Program-made: the position numbers and the translations under genes
Notes under the pieces: model-generated
Seen by the model: the letters and a program-made list of their open reading frames with translations, nothing else
The model's database searches: none
What the model was told of the DNA's origin: nothing
Shown: positions 53,253 to 62,353 of the stretch, piece after piece
Layout of the letters: every line of letters begins with the position of its first letter
Numbering within the stretch: the first letter of the stretch is position 1
Origin: an uncultured virus (IMG/VR IMGVR_UViG_3300031951_000023)
Taxonomy: Duplodnaviria; Heunggongvirae; Uroviricota; Caudoviricetes
Length of the DNA stretch: 64,000 bases
Strand: one strand, 5' to 3'
Virus record (IMG/VR): IMGVR_UViG_3300031951_000023

Positions 53253-53831
53253 ATGGCTCAGATGTTTGCTCACACCTTGGATGCGGTTAAGGGCTGGTTC
53301 CACATGGCCGCCCTGGACTTCACCGCTAAGCTCAGCGACAACGTCACGATCACAGCTTACGCTGGTCGTTGCGTTCACCTGAACAACGACGGTGAGTTTG
53401 AAATGGGTGTTCTGGGTTCCCAGATGCCTATCTTCTTGCTGCAGAACAGTACCGATAGCGATGTGGCTAATTCTGGCGACTCCAACGGAAACGGCGGAGC
53501 TCTCTGGTATCCCATCGGACCTGACGGTAACTTGACGGGTTTGGTAGCCAAGGGCGCTTATGAACTCGAAACAACCGAGTTCGACACCGCTCAGACTTAC
53601 TACCCTAACGATTACCTGCGCGCTGTTGCTAGCAACAGCAACCAGACAACCGGTGGTCGTTTGACAAACCAGAGCGTCATAACTCTGGAAAACTCATCTT
53701 CGCTAAGCAGCAGCACCAACCCCACAGCGATTGTAGGGGTTGTAAGCCGCGCTCCTCGTAAGCGTCAGTCTGACCGCAACACCGTGTTGGCGTTCTGGCC
53801 CGTTTACAAACCCGGCAAGACTGGTAACTAA
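53253..53831 (+). CDS. Putative capsid decoration/cement protein
   Basis: Directly upstream of the MCP; YELETTEF...IVGVVS pattern; strong RBS and codon bias. Confidence 0.55.
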   Translation: MAQMFAHTLDAVKGWFHMAALDFTAKLSDNVTITAYAGRCVHLNNDGEFEMGVLGSQMPIFLLQNSTDSDVANSGDSNGNGGALWYPIGPDGNLTGLVAKGAYELETTEFDTAQTYYPNDYLRAVASNSNQTTGGRLTNQSVITLENSSSLSSSTNPTAIVGVVSRAPRKRQSDRNTVLAFWPVYKPGKTGN

Positions 53832-53867
53832 TTCTTAACCCCAAGGTAACTGCAGGAGAATTTAGAC

Positions 53868-54800
53868 ATGGCATCAGTTAGCGAAGATGTCAAGCTGCGC
53901 AACGAGACCTTCATGTCCTACCTGGAAACCCCAGGCATGGAAAAGCGCGCACTTGACGCTGTTAATGACTTCACCCGGTACAGGATGCGTGAAGAAGGCT
54001 TCTACCGCAGAATCCTTCCACCCGTCCAGATCAGCAATGACGATCTCGATCGTCAGGTTGATACCGACAAGCCCGTGAAGATTGTTGACCGCGAGCCGGA
54101 TTCCCCCGCCGCGATCAGCATCCCCTTCGCCACCCTACCAATGAACCTGTACATTCGCGGCCAGCGCTATCGCGTTAGCTTCGATCGTATCGTCACCCCT
54201 CGGTTCACCAAGGACGTTGACGAACTACGGACGTACTACATCGACATCCGTCAGGTTCTTTCTGACAACTCCATCAAGGACATGCTGGCTGAAGAAGACC
54301 GCAAGTTCTTGGCCTCTGTTGATGCTGGCTTGGGCGGCTCCGCCGACGCCACCAACACCAACTCCGGCGTTGTTCAGTGGGAAACCCTCTACGGCGGTAT
54401 CACTCGTGATAACCTCCAAGAGGCTTTCAAGATTCTGCCCCGCACCATCAGCCGCCTAGAAACCGGCACAGTTCTTCTGAACAACCTCACGATCCGCGAG
54501 ATCATGAAGTTTGGTCGTGAAGAAATGGGTGGTGACTTCAGCCAGGACGTCTTCAAGAACGGCTGGTCTGAGCAGAACTTCATGAACGCCAACTGGATCA
54601 TCACCATCAAGCAAGACTTGGTCCCCAGCGACTCAATGTACTTGTTTGCTGATCCCAAGTTCATGGGCAAGTCCTACGTCCTCGAAGACACCACAATGTA
54701 CATCGAGCGTAAGGCTTACATGCTTGAGTTCTTTGCTTACGAGACAATTGGTGGCGCTATCGGCAACACCAACTCTCTGGCCCGCGCCGACTTCGCTTGA
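53868..54800 (+). CDS. Major capsid protein (probable HK97 fold)
   Basis: Strongest C-ending codon bias in the window; RMREEGFYRRILPP...FFAYETIGGAIGN; gene order; downstream hairpin. Confidence 0.75.
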   Translation: MASVSEDVKLRNETFMSYLETPGMEKRALDAVNDFTRYRMREEGFYRRILPPVQISNDDLDRQVDTDKPVKIVDREPDSPAAISIPFATLPMNLYIRGQRYRVSFDRIVTPRFTKDVDELRTYYIDIRQVLSDNSIKDMLAEEDRKFLASVDAGLGGSADATNTNSGVVQWETLYGGITRDNLQEAFKILPRTISRLETGTVLLNNLTIREIMKFGREEMGGDFSQDVFKNGWSEQNFMNANWIITIKQDLVPSDSMYLFADPKFMGKSYVLEDTTMYIERKAYMLEFFAYETIGGAIGNTNSLARADFA

Positions 54801-54811
54801 TCCGCATCGTA

Positions 54812-54843
54812 ACAGGGTAGCGGCTTAACCGCCGCTACCCTGT
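54812..54843 (+). promoter_or_regulatory. 13-bp stem-loop after the MCP gene (mRNA stabiliser or attenuator; no U tract)
   Basis: ACAGGGTAGCGGC / GCCGCTACCCTGT. Confidence 0.6.
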
Positions 54844-54867
54844 CGTGCAAAGAAAGGAGCAACTTAG

Positions 54868-55266
54868 ATGTCCACCAACGCTACTCCAGAAGCTGCCCAT
54901 GCTTTCCTCATGCAGGAAGTGTATGTGCCTGTCTTCCTAGAGAAGCTGGCAAGCGATTACGGCATTGTTCCTCAGACTGAAGAAGAAGTTGCACAACTTC
55001 TAAAAATTGCTAGCAGCATTACTAGCATTCAGGAACAGGAACTGGCCAAGCAAGCCAGCGCTCACAGCAGCCTGATTACTGCAGCCGCTCAGAACCTTGA
55101 AGGCGTACTTAATCCCTCGAGCCTAGGTAACGAAGCTCAGGTTAAGTCAGCCCAGCAAGAAAGTCTGGTAAAGGCAGCCGCAGCCAATCTAGCTTTAAAT
55201 CCTAACGTCAGAGAAGCCGTGGCCGTGTACCACCAAGCTATCGCTGAACACCTGGCCGCTAACTAA
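54868..55266 (+). CDS. Putative head protein with repeated KxA motifs
   Basis: EKLA, LKIA, AKQA, VKSA, VKAA. Confidence 0.65.
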   Translation: MSTNATPEAAHAFLMQEVYVPVFLEKLASDYGIVPQTEEEVAQLLKIASSITSIQEQELAKQASAHSSLITAAAQNLEGVLNPSSLGNEAQVKSAQQESLVKAAAANLALNPNVREAVAVYHQAIAEHLAAN

Positions 55267-55280
55267 ACCGGAGGTTTTAA

Positions 55281-55622
55281 ATGGCAATCACTTGCCTTCA
55301 AACAAAAGTGCGCAACATGTCCGGGGCAACCAAGTTCTTTGGTTTTCTCGGGGCTCATGGCAAGCGCCTTGCTCCTGGTGAAGAGTATACGTTCACTGGT
55401 GACCTAGTCACTCGCCTAAGTCAGCCCAACTTCAGAACCCGCGCCCGTCAACTGGCAGGGTTTGAAGCTGCGGTAAACTCTGGCGACCTAGTGATCGTAA
55501 GCACTCCTTCCCAACACTACTACGACGCAACCCTAGACGTCACCAAGATCATCACTGTTGCAAACAGCGTGGTCAACGACGTCGATCCTTGCTGGGGCGC
55601 GTACTCTAGCTCTATCTCCTGA
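55281..55622 (+). CDS. Putative virion protein
   Basis: GGAGGT RBS; codon bias like the MCP. Confidence 0.65.
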   Translation: MAITCLQTKVRNMSGATKFFGFLGAHGKRLAPGEEYTFTGDLVTRLSQPNFRTRARQLAGFEAAVNSGDLVIVSTPSQHYYDATLDVTKIITVANSVVNDVDPCWGAYSSSIS

Positions 55623-55657
55623 TTTAACTAAGTCAGTAGTAACAGAGACTAGATATT

Positions 55658-55719
55658 TAAAACCACCGCTCTCAAAAGGGAGCGGTGGTTTTATTTTGTA
55701 CTCAAAAATCTGTCATAAT
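55658..55719 (+). terminator. Terminator overlapping a cassette-type promoter (TTATTT-N17-CATAAT)
   Basis: TAAAACCACCGCTCTC / GGGAGCGGTGGTTTTA; GTCATAAT at 55712. Confidence 0.75.
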
Positions 55720-55778
55720 CCTATGCCCTCAGTATATCTGTTCGCTTTCGCGGCAGCTGAAGGGTTGGGAGTGTTACC

Positions 55779-56369
55779 ATGAGCTGGAACCTTGGTGAAG
55801 GTGAGTCTTTTTCCATTGGCGGTAATCGTAAAAAGAAAAACGGTAGCCAACAAAGGAGGCATAAAAGCCAAGACAGCAGCAGGCACGACAGAAAACCTGA
55901 AAAGGATTCTGACGACGTTATTGACGCTGAGTTTGAGGTGATGGATAAGCCGTCGCCTCAGACGTACGCGATCAACAGGATGTTGGCGGTGCAGATAAAT
56001 AAACAAAGATATTTCAACGAACGGAACAAACTAGGTATGTCCGACGAAGAAATAATCAAAGCAATAAAAGAAGATGAGGCTAAAAATGATTTGGGGAAGG
56101 AGGTAGTTGCTAGGCTAGAACGGAACGTCAAGTCCGTCATGGAATTGGCGGACAAGTTCCGGCAAGAAGACTACGATACTGAGGCTTCAGGAAACGTCAG
56201 AGAGAGGCCTAAGGCATCAGGAGGTGTCTCTCTGATGCCAGTAGTAGGCGGCATCGCCGTCTTTTTCGCCTGTAGATATTTTTACTCAGAACTACCTGTA
56301 GTTTTTCCAATAGTGGCCTGCGTTGCAGCGGGCTACGGTTGGACATGGTATGCTAAAAACTTTAGTTAG
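55779..56369 (+). CDS. Cassette gene: membrane protein with two C-terminal TM helices
   Basis: GGGAG RBS; hydrophobic C-terminus. Confidence 0.7.
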   Translation: MSWNLGEGESFSIGGNRKKKNGSQQRRHKSQDSSRHDRKPEKDSDDVIDAEFEVMDKPSPQTYAINRMLAVQINKQRYFNERNKLGMSDEEIIKAIKEDEAKNDLGKEVVARLERNVKSVMELADKFRQEDYDTEASGNVRERPKASGGVSLMPVVGGIAVFFACRYFYSELPVVFPIVACVAAGYGWTWYAKNFS

Positions 56370-56386
56370 TTTTTAGTGTCACAATT

Positions 56387-56466
56387 AGTCCCTCAACGCC
56401 AAAGCGCATTGAGGGACTTTTTTTTAGCCGTCAGTTACTTAAGTCGAGCTTTAAACCTGTCATATT
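56387..56466 (+). promoter_or_regulatory. Terminator, T8-AGCCGTCAG junction and promoter TTAAGT-N16-CATATT
   Basis: AGTCCCTCAA / TTGAGGGACT stem; TTAAGT at 56439; CATATT at 56461. Confidence 0.8.
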
Positions 56467-56501
56467 CATATGGTGTCTAATTAGCATTTCTGGAGACGAA
56501 C

Positions 56502-56903
56502 ATGGAAATTAAACACAACAACCTCAGAGTCTTCGGCCCAGACCAGGCCAAAGCGGCCAGCAGGGCCGCTAAGGCCGCCGCCGCAAACGGCGACCATTTC
56601 AGCCAGCTGCCGGATGGCGGCTGGCTTCACCTCCCAGGACACAAGAGTGTTGTGGAGGTGGATCAGCAGAGCCCTATACTCTCAACAGAAGTTGAGGGTA
56701 AGGATGGCGTTTGTTTTGAGGCAGCCGCTTCTTTTGCTGTTTTCTCCGTTTTTTTCCTCATCATGAAAGAATTGGAGAAAAAACTACAAACAGCGCTGTT
56801 TGTAGTTTTCAAGGCCGCATTCTTTTCAGCGGCGGTGCTTGGAGGAGCCTGGCTCATAACCAGCCTTGCGGCTCTGGCCGCTATGACGTTCAAGCTGGTT
56901 TAA
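56502..56903 (+). CDS. Cassette gene: membrane protein with two C-terminal TM helices
   Basis: GGAG RBS; hydrophobic C-terminus. Confidence 0.7.
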   Translation: MEIKHNNLRVFGPDQAKAASRAAKAAAANGDHFSQLPDGGWLHLPGHKSVVEVDQQSPILSTEVEGKDGVCFEAAASFAVFSVFFLIMKELEKKLQTALFVVFKAAFFSAAVLGGAWLITSLAALAAMTFKLV

Positions 56904-56909
56904 CCAGAA

Positions 56910-56957
56910 CCACCGTTGAGGCTAGCGCCTTGGCGGTGGGTTTTTTTTAGCTATCAG
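56910..56957 (+). terminator. Terminator plus T8-AGCTATCAG junction
   Basis: CCACCGTTGAGGC / GCCTTGGCGGTGG stem. Confidence 0.85.
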
Positions 56958-57024
56958 GCATAAAGTTACGTATGGTAGTATGACCAAATAAGCTATAAAC
57001 TAAATTTACCCAGAGGGTCAATAA

Positions 57025-57951
57025 ATGCCTGATCCTTCGATAATCAATTGTTCTGAACAAATCATAATCAGACCTAGAGTAACCCGAGTTGAAGGTCAGC
57101 CTATACTGGCCAAGATACCTTCTTTGCTAACCAGTCAGGGAGTTACTCCGGTAATGGAGTTAGTCCTGAGGGATTCCGAAGGCAGACCTATAAACCTTAC
57201 TGAGTGCGGTTTCAGCTCAAGCATTTCAAGCTCAATGAGCGAAGGATCCGGGTCTCAAAGAATAATAGGAAAAATGCGTGAGGTTATAAGCGAATCACAA
57301 GAAAACGCTCCAGTAGAACTAGAAGCTATTGTCATAAACCCAGAGGCTGGAGTAATTAGGGCTAGAGTGCCTGCAGCCGCCACTGAACTGAATGGAATAA
57401 TGCGCGGTCAGTTTGCGTTCATGGACTCTGACTCGTCAATACTGTTTACTTCTTCCTTTTTCTTGATGGTAGATAGAGGCGAGTTTGGAACAAACGTTAA
57501 TTTCAAGGGAGTTCCTTCCCCTGAAGACATCAGAGTGTTTCTCAGGGACAATTCTCCAGAAGATAACTATTTGTTGTCTGAACTAGAGTTCGATCTTACA
57601 GAAATTGTAGAATCAGCTATACGATGCTTGCAGCATTTCAATTCAGCTCAGCCTCCAATAACCCAGAAGTTTGACAGCACCAATTTTCCAAATCCCGTCA
57701 TGCTACTAAACGGGATAATGGGATATCTGTACCAGATAGCTGCAAAGCACTACAGAAGAAACCATCTTCCTTACTCTGCTGGCGGTATGCAGATAGACGA
57801 CAAGAACAAAGCCGCAGAATACGAGCAGATGGGCGCTCAGATGCTTGGAGAATACCAAGCTTGGGTAAAGAACAAGAAAGCCCAGTACAACGCTCAAAAC
57901 TGGAACGGCTCGTTCGGCTCTGGCTACGATTACGGTGGCCGTTGGAGATAA
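57025..57951 (+). CDS. Putative head-tail adaptor/neck protein
   Basis: IRVFLRD..PE.N.LL...F and RN.LPYS.GG..IDD motifs; position between MCP and sheath. Confidence 0.55.
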   Translation: MPDPSIINCSEQIIIRPRVTRVEGQPILAKIPSLLTSQGVTPVMELVLRDSEGRPINLTECGFSSSISSSMSEGSGSQRIIGKMREVISESQENAPVELEAIVINPEAGVIRARVPAAATELNGIMRGQFAFMDSDSSILFTSSFFLMVDRGEFGTNVNFKGVPSPEDIRVFLRDNSPEDNYLLSELEFDLTEIVESAIRCLQHFNSAQPPITQKFDSTNFPNPVMLLNGIMGYLYQIAAKHYRRNHLPYSAGGMQIDDKNKAAEYEQMGAQMLGEYQAWVKNKKAQYNAQNWNGSFGSGYDYGGRWR

Positions 57952-57954
57952 GCC

Positions 57955-58773
57955 ATGACCGACAGGTCACAAATAGCCAGTCCGTTTGAACGGGTCTTTA
58001 TAAAATACTCTGTCGAGGGAACGACTAGAGTTGAATGGGTATTGTCCAGGCTGTTTACAGACAAACAGCCTCATACGTTTACTCTGCAGGGCGCTTACTC
58101 TTCTACAAACAATCCTCAGTTTTCAAACATAGGCTTATCGGCTACTAACACTTATTTTTTGGAAGATGATGAAAAAAGGATATTCGCTCAAACTCAAGAT
58201 TTTTATTACCGAGTTAAGCTAGTAACTCCAGTACGCACTTACTATTCAGAGATAGTTTCAGCTAGTAAAAACTTACAATTTAGAGATTGGCGTCTATCTA
58301 GAGACGTAATTAGAAAAGAAACCCTTAGGCATAAAAAGTACACTTCATTGAAGGGATTTCTCTTAAAAAGGAAACGTTACGGGTCGCGATGTACTACCTG
58401 TACGGACTATTTGACTGAAGAAGTAACTGACAGCAACTGCTCTGTATGCAAAGGTACTGGAATAACTCAAGGATATTTTGCAGCAGTCCCTTCATATCTA
58501 GAGCTAGCTTTGCACGCAGCAAGAGAAGAGATGGACAACGTCCAGGCTGTAGGCACTAAAAAAGAAGTTGTGTTTCAAGAGTGCCGAATGCTTGGAGATC
58601 CAATACCAGACAGCTACGACGTGTTCGTAGACTCTGGAAGCGACAGGAGATTTATAATTCACGAAGTGGTGGCGGCTGCGGAAATGCGCGGTTATCCTAT
58701 TGTCACCAAAGTAAACGTTAGACAGGCTAATTTCTCTGATATAGTTTATACTATTCCTTTAGAGGGATCTTAA
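57955..58773 (+). CDS. Putative neck/head-closure protein with Zn finger
   Basis: RCTTC...CSVCKGTG..GY; gene order. Confidence 0.55.
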   Translation: MTDRSQIASPFERVFIKYSVEGTTRVEWVLSRLFTDKQPHTFTLQGAYSSTNNPQFSNIGLSATNTYFLEDDEKRIFAQTQDFYYRVKLVTPVRTYYSEIVSASKNLQFRDWRLSRDVIRKETLRHKKYTSLKGFLLKRKRYGSRCTTCTDYLTEEVTDSNCSVCKGTGITQGYFAAVPSYLELALHAAREEMDNVQAVGTKKEVVFQECRMLGDPIPDSYDVFVDSGSDRRFIIHEVVAAAEMRGYPIVTKVNVRQANFSDIVYTIPLEGS

Positions 58774-58931
58774 TGGACAAGCCCGCTAAAACTCTTGACG
58801 ATAACACTAAGAGAACAACGCTTCTTCCCAAGAAAAGTCTGCTTAATTGGGAACCTGACGAAAATCTTAAAAAAGTTATAGCTAAGTCTCTGGGTTTGGA
58901 GAAGAATAATGAGCACGCCAGAGACGCATGA
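58773..58931 (+). CDS. Small hypothetical protein (52 aa)
   Basis: TAATG coupling; GAGGGA RBS. Confidence 0.4.
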   Translation: MDKPAKTLDDNTKRTTLLPKKSLLNWEPDENLKKVIAKSLGLEKNNEHARDA

Positions 58932-59535
58932 CCCAGAGAAGATAAGCAACTGGTGCTCAATAGCGCCAAGACCCCATTTGATGACTGGGTTCTTTAGAGA
59001 GTGGTTTATAAATCACTTTTCAGACCCTAACAATATAGAGGCAAAAGAGTTAAGGGGTAAGTTATGGAAAGCTGTACCTTCAACAGATTTAGTTGTTGAA
59101 TCTATAACTCAATGGAGGCCTGACTTGACCCAAAAAAGGCCTGCAATCATAATTAAAAGAAATGACTGGCAAGTGCAAAGAATCAGTATAGACGATAGGT
59201 ACCTCGGTAATGTACCATTAACAGGAGCTAGAGATTATTCAGCATTGATTACAGGCAGCCACACTTTCTTCTGCATATCGGGCAAGGGTACAGAAGCAGA
59301 AATATTGGCTGCTGAAGTTTACAGAGAAATGATGCAGTTTGGCCCGATAATCAGACAAGAACTAGATCTTAAACGATTCACCTTAGCTCAAGTCGGCGGA
59401 CTTTTTGAGCTTGAGGAATCGAAAGAGAATTACGGCGTACCGGTAACAGTGTCGTATGCTGCTGATGAAAATTGGCAGCTTGTAACGCAAAGTCCAGTGT
59501 TGAAAAGGATTGTGTTGTCTAAGTTCATCCCTTAA
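58909..59535 (+). CDS. Putative tail terminator/completion protein
   Basis: KRPAIIIKR motif; directly upstream of the sheath gene. Confidence 0.55.
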   Translation: MSTPETHDPEKISNWCSIAPRPHLMTGFFREWFINHFSDPNNIEAKELRGKLWKAVPSTDLVVESITQWRPDLTQKRPAIIIKRNDWQVQRISIDDRYLGNVPLTGARDYSALITGSHTFFCISGKGTEAEILAAEVYREMMQFGPIIRQELDLKRFTLAQVGGLFELEESKENYGVPVTVSYAADENWQLVTQSPVLKRIVLSKFIP

Positions 59536-59567
59536 ATTAACGAGTAGGGGCTCTTACGGAGGAAACC

Positions 59568-62330
59568 ATGGCATACGTTCTTCCACAGGTTTTGGTATTC
59601 CAAGAATTCAATATCGCGCCTGCGGCCACGGCTGTGCCAAGATCGGCACACATCGCTGGACCTCAAGCCAAGCTTTTCAGGTACTCCAATTCTGATGAAA
59701 AGGATGTCATCAATCTTGGAGAGTACGACTCTGTAAGCGACACTCCATACCTGTGGCCTGAGCGCCCAGCCGGGTCTCAGGTGGACTTCAGCTTTGTGAA
59801 GCTGTATGCCGAAGACGCTCTTCTTGAATACTACGTAAATGACTCAAGCGTAGGTTCAACTGTAGCACCAGTATCAGGATTCAAAAACAGAGTCCGTGAC
59901 GCTGGAACCTCGTTCAAGTCTAACGGAACGTCCTATCCAAGATCTGCAGTCATGTACGACCGCGATGCCCAAATTGGCGACGTGGTTTACGTGCGCGGAA
60001 TCAACTCCGGAACTCCTTACGAGCTAACTACCTCAATCAAGGGGTTTGCTGGTGAGACCATAGCAGGAGCTGTTAACACAACAGAAGTTTACGACTCCTC
60101 TAACAAGACCAATCAGACTTTGAGTGTAGTTTCTCAAACACTAGGTCTAAAGAACGCTGTAACCGTCTCTGCCAACGCATCAGCCTATGACGGCAGACCG
60201 ACTGGTGACATAACAGAAACTTACACTGTTGAAGTCATCAAAAGTTCAGTAGACGCAGACTTTACTACTGCTCGTTTTAGAGTTACAAGCGCTAGCGGTA
60301 GAGATAACCAAGCTAGCATAACGCCAGCTACGGCAGGAAGCGCCACAGAAATTGGCACAAGAGGCCTGCTTGTAACATTTAACGCTGTAGACACTAACTC
60401 AACCAGCTCGATAGCTAACCTAAACGGTATTAGCGAAAACGATCTGGTTGTAGGACAGAAGTGGAGCTTTACGGTAAACCAGGCTTTCGTTGCTCCTACA
60501 ATTACAGCCGCCGGCACTTACAGCGGAACTCAGGATACTACTTACATTATTGAAGTGACCAAGGGCGGAGCTTATGCCTCTGGCCCCGAAATCACCGTGA
60601 CCACAACAACTGGTTACGATGTAAGCGGTCCTACCGTTGTAACTGCTGCAAACGTAGCTAAGCCGGTAGGCAACTACGGCGTTACGGCTGCTTTCAACCA
60701 AACAGCCCTATGCAAGGGCGACAAGTATTACGTCTTAGTAACTGCAGCTAAGCAGGGCGCTATCAAAACCCTGATCTTAGCTGACGACCTACCCGAGGCT
60801 ATTCAATCAGCCACGGACCTAGACCTTAAGCTTTACATCAAAAAGAACTTGCAGATCGCTCAAGAGTTGGAGGCTGACGCTCCAAATCTTTCTTACACAA
60901 CAACAGACACTGAAATAACAGTGCATTCCGGAATCCAGCTTTACGACTCAAGCTGGACAGACGGCGGCGTTAAGCTTCCTTTGCCTCTAAAGGGCGGAAC
61001 GCTGTTTGTAGAGTACCGAGCTTGGTTGTCTGATTATGTTGGCGCTCTTGAAAGCGTTACAAACATAGCTGACCTTCCAGGTTTGCTTGGGCAGAGCTCT
61101 CCTGACAATCCCCTGTTCTGGGGCGTGTCTTTGGCTTTGCAAAACTCCAACGGCCAGCCTGTGTACTTCACGGGTATCGCTGATCCCTCTGACACAGAAT
61201 CATGGCTGCAAGCTCTTGAGCTGGTAGAAGGTAACAATCAAGTTTACAACTTGGTACCTCTAACAGATAACGAAACAGTCCTTGACGCCTGGAAGGCTCA
61301 GGTTCTGGCCGAATCAGCTCCTGAAGTTGCTAACTACAAGGGAGCAGTATTCGGAATCACAGTACCTAGAGTAAAGGCTGTAGTTGATTCCAGCTTGACC
61401 TCTAACGGCAGCGCGGCTCTTGCCAAGATTGCCGACGATCCTTTCACCTCAGGAACTCAGTACACCCTGCTGTCAGTTCCAGCTAACAACGCTAAGTTCC
61501 AAACAAACGGTGTAAGAGCTGGCGACATCGTTCGCTTCCTATACAGCACCGATGGTTTTGGCAACGAATCCTACTCTGAGTTCGTTGTGGACGAAGTGTT
61601 GTCTGAAGGCAGCTTGCGCCTAGTATCTGGGCATACGTCAGCAGTGACCGTAGCTCAGCGCGTAGAAATTTGGCGTAACCTGAACAAAACTGATTTGGCT
61701 AACGCTGCCAAGGACAAGGTTGCTCAGTACGCAAACAGAAGAGTTGTGGCTATCGCCAACGACACTGTAGGCGCAAACGGGCTAACCTTCGCAGGTTACT
61801 TCGCTGCAGCGGCTATAGCTGGTCTTCGTTCAGGCGTACTTCCCCAGCAAGGCCTAACCAATGTCACGGTATCTGGTATCGATGACGTGGGCAGCTTGGT
61901 TGGAAGCCTCAACGGCAGTCAGCTAAACATAGTCGCTGGTTCTGGCGGTTGGATAATCGCCAAGAACGCCGCAGGTCAAATCTTCAACCGTCACGCTGTT
62001 ACCACAGATCCCTCGGATCTAAACACCCGAGAAGAAATGGTGCGCGTGAACGTTGACGCCATAGCTTACGTGTTGAAGGAAGCCCTGTCTCCATTCATCG
62101 GTAAGTCTAACGTCAACAGAGACACCATCCAGGCCATCAGGTTCTTGGTAGATTCCTCTGTCGACGCCCTGAAGGCTCCCGTCGCTGGAACCTCCGCAGG
62201 TCCCCAGCTTCTGGAAGGTACTGTTGCTGTAGTAAGAGCTCACGCTCTCTACAAGGACAGGGTTGTGGTCGAAATCAACCTGACCATTCCTTATCCTCTT
62301 AACAACATTGAACTTAAGTTGGTCGTCTAA
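59568..62330 (+). CDS. Contractile tail sheath protein
   Basis: MAYVLPQVLVFQEF N-terminus; AAAIAGL...QGLTN; RHAVTT; C-terminal VVVEINLTIPYPLNNIELKLVV. Confidence 0.85.
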   Translation: MAYVLPQVLVFQEFNIAPAATAVPRSAHIAGPQAKLFRYSNSDEKDVINLGEYDSVSDTPYLWPERPAGSQVDFSFVKLYAEDALLEYYVNDSSVGSTVAPVSGFKNRVRDAGTSFKSNGTSYPRSAVMYDRDAQIGDVVYVRGINSGTPYELTTSIKGFAGETIAGAVNTTEVYDSSNKTNQTLSVVSQTLGLKNAVTVSANASAYDGRPTGDITETYTVEVIKSSVDADFTTARFRVTSASGRDNQASITPATAGSATEIGTRGLLVTFNAVDTNSTSSIANLNGISENDLVVGQKWSFTVNQAFVAPTITAAGTYSGTQDTTYIIEVTKGGAYASGPEITVTTTTGYDVSGPTVVTAANVAKPVGNYGVTAAFNQTALCKGDKYYVLVTAAKQGAIKTLILADDLPEAIQSATDLDLKLYIKKNLQIAQELEADAPNLSYTTTDTEITVHSGIQLYDSSWTDGGVKLPLPLKGGTLFVEYRAWLSDYVGALESVTNIADLPGLLGQSSPDNPLFWGVSLALQNSNGQPVYFTGIADPSDTESWLQALELVEGNNQVYNLVPLTDNETVLDAWKAQVLAESAPEVANYKGAVFGITVPRVKAVVDSSLTSNGSAALAKIADDPFTSGTQYTLLSVPANNAKFQTNGVRAGDIVRFLYSTDGFGNESYSEFVVDEVLSEGSLRLVSGHTSAVTVAQRVEIWRNLNKTDLANAAKDKVAQYANRRVVAIANDTVGANGLTFAGYFAAAAIAGLRSGVLPQQGLTNVTVSGIDDVGSLVGSLNGSQLNIVAGSGGWIIAKNAAGQIFNRHAVTTDPSDLNTREEMVRVNVDAIAYVLKEALSPFIGKSNVNRDTIQAIRFLVDSSVDALKAPVAGTSAGPQLLEGTVAVVRAHALYKDRVVVEINLTIPYPLNNIELKLVV

Positions 62331-62353
62331 TCAACTGAGGGGAGGTATATAAC

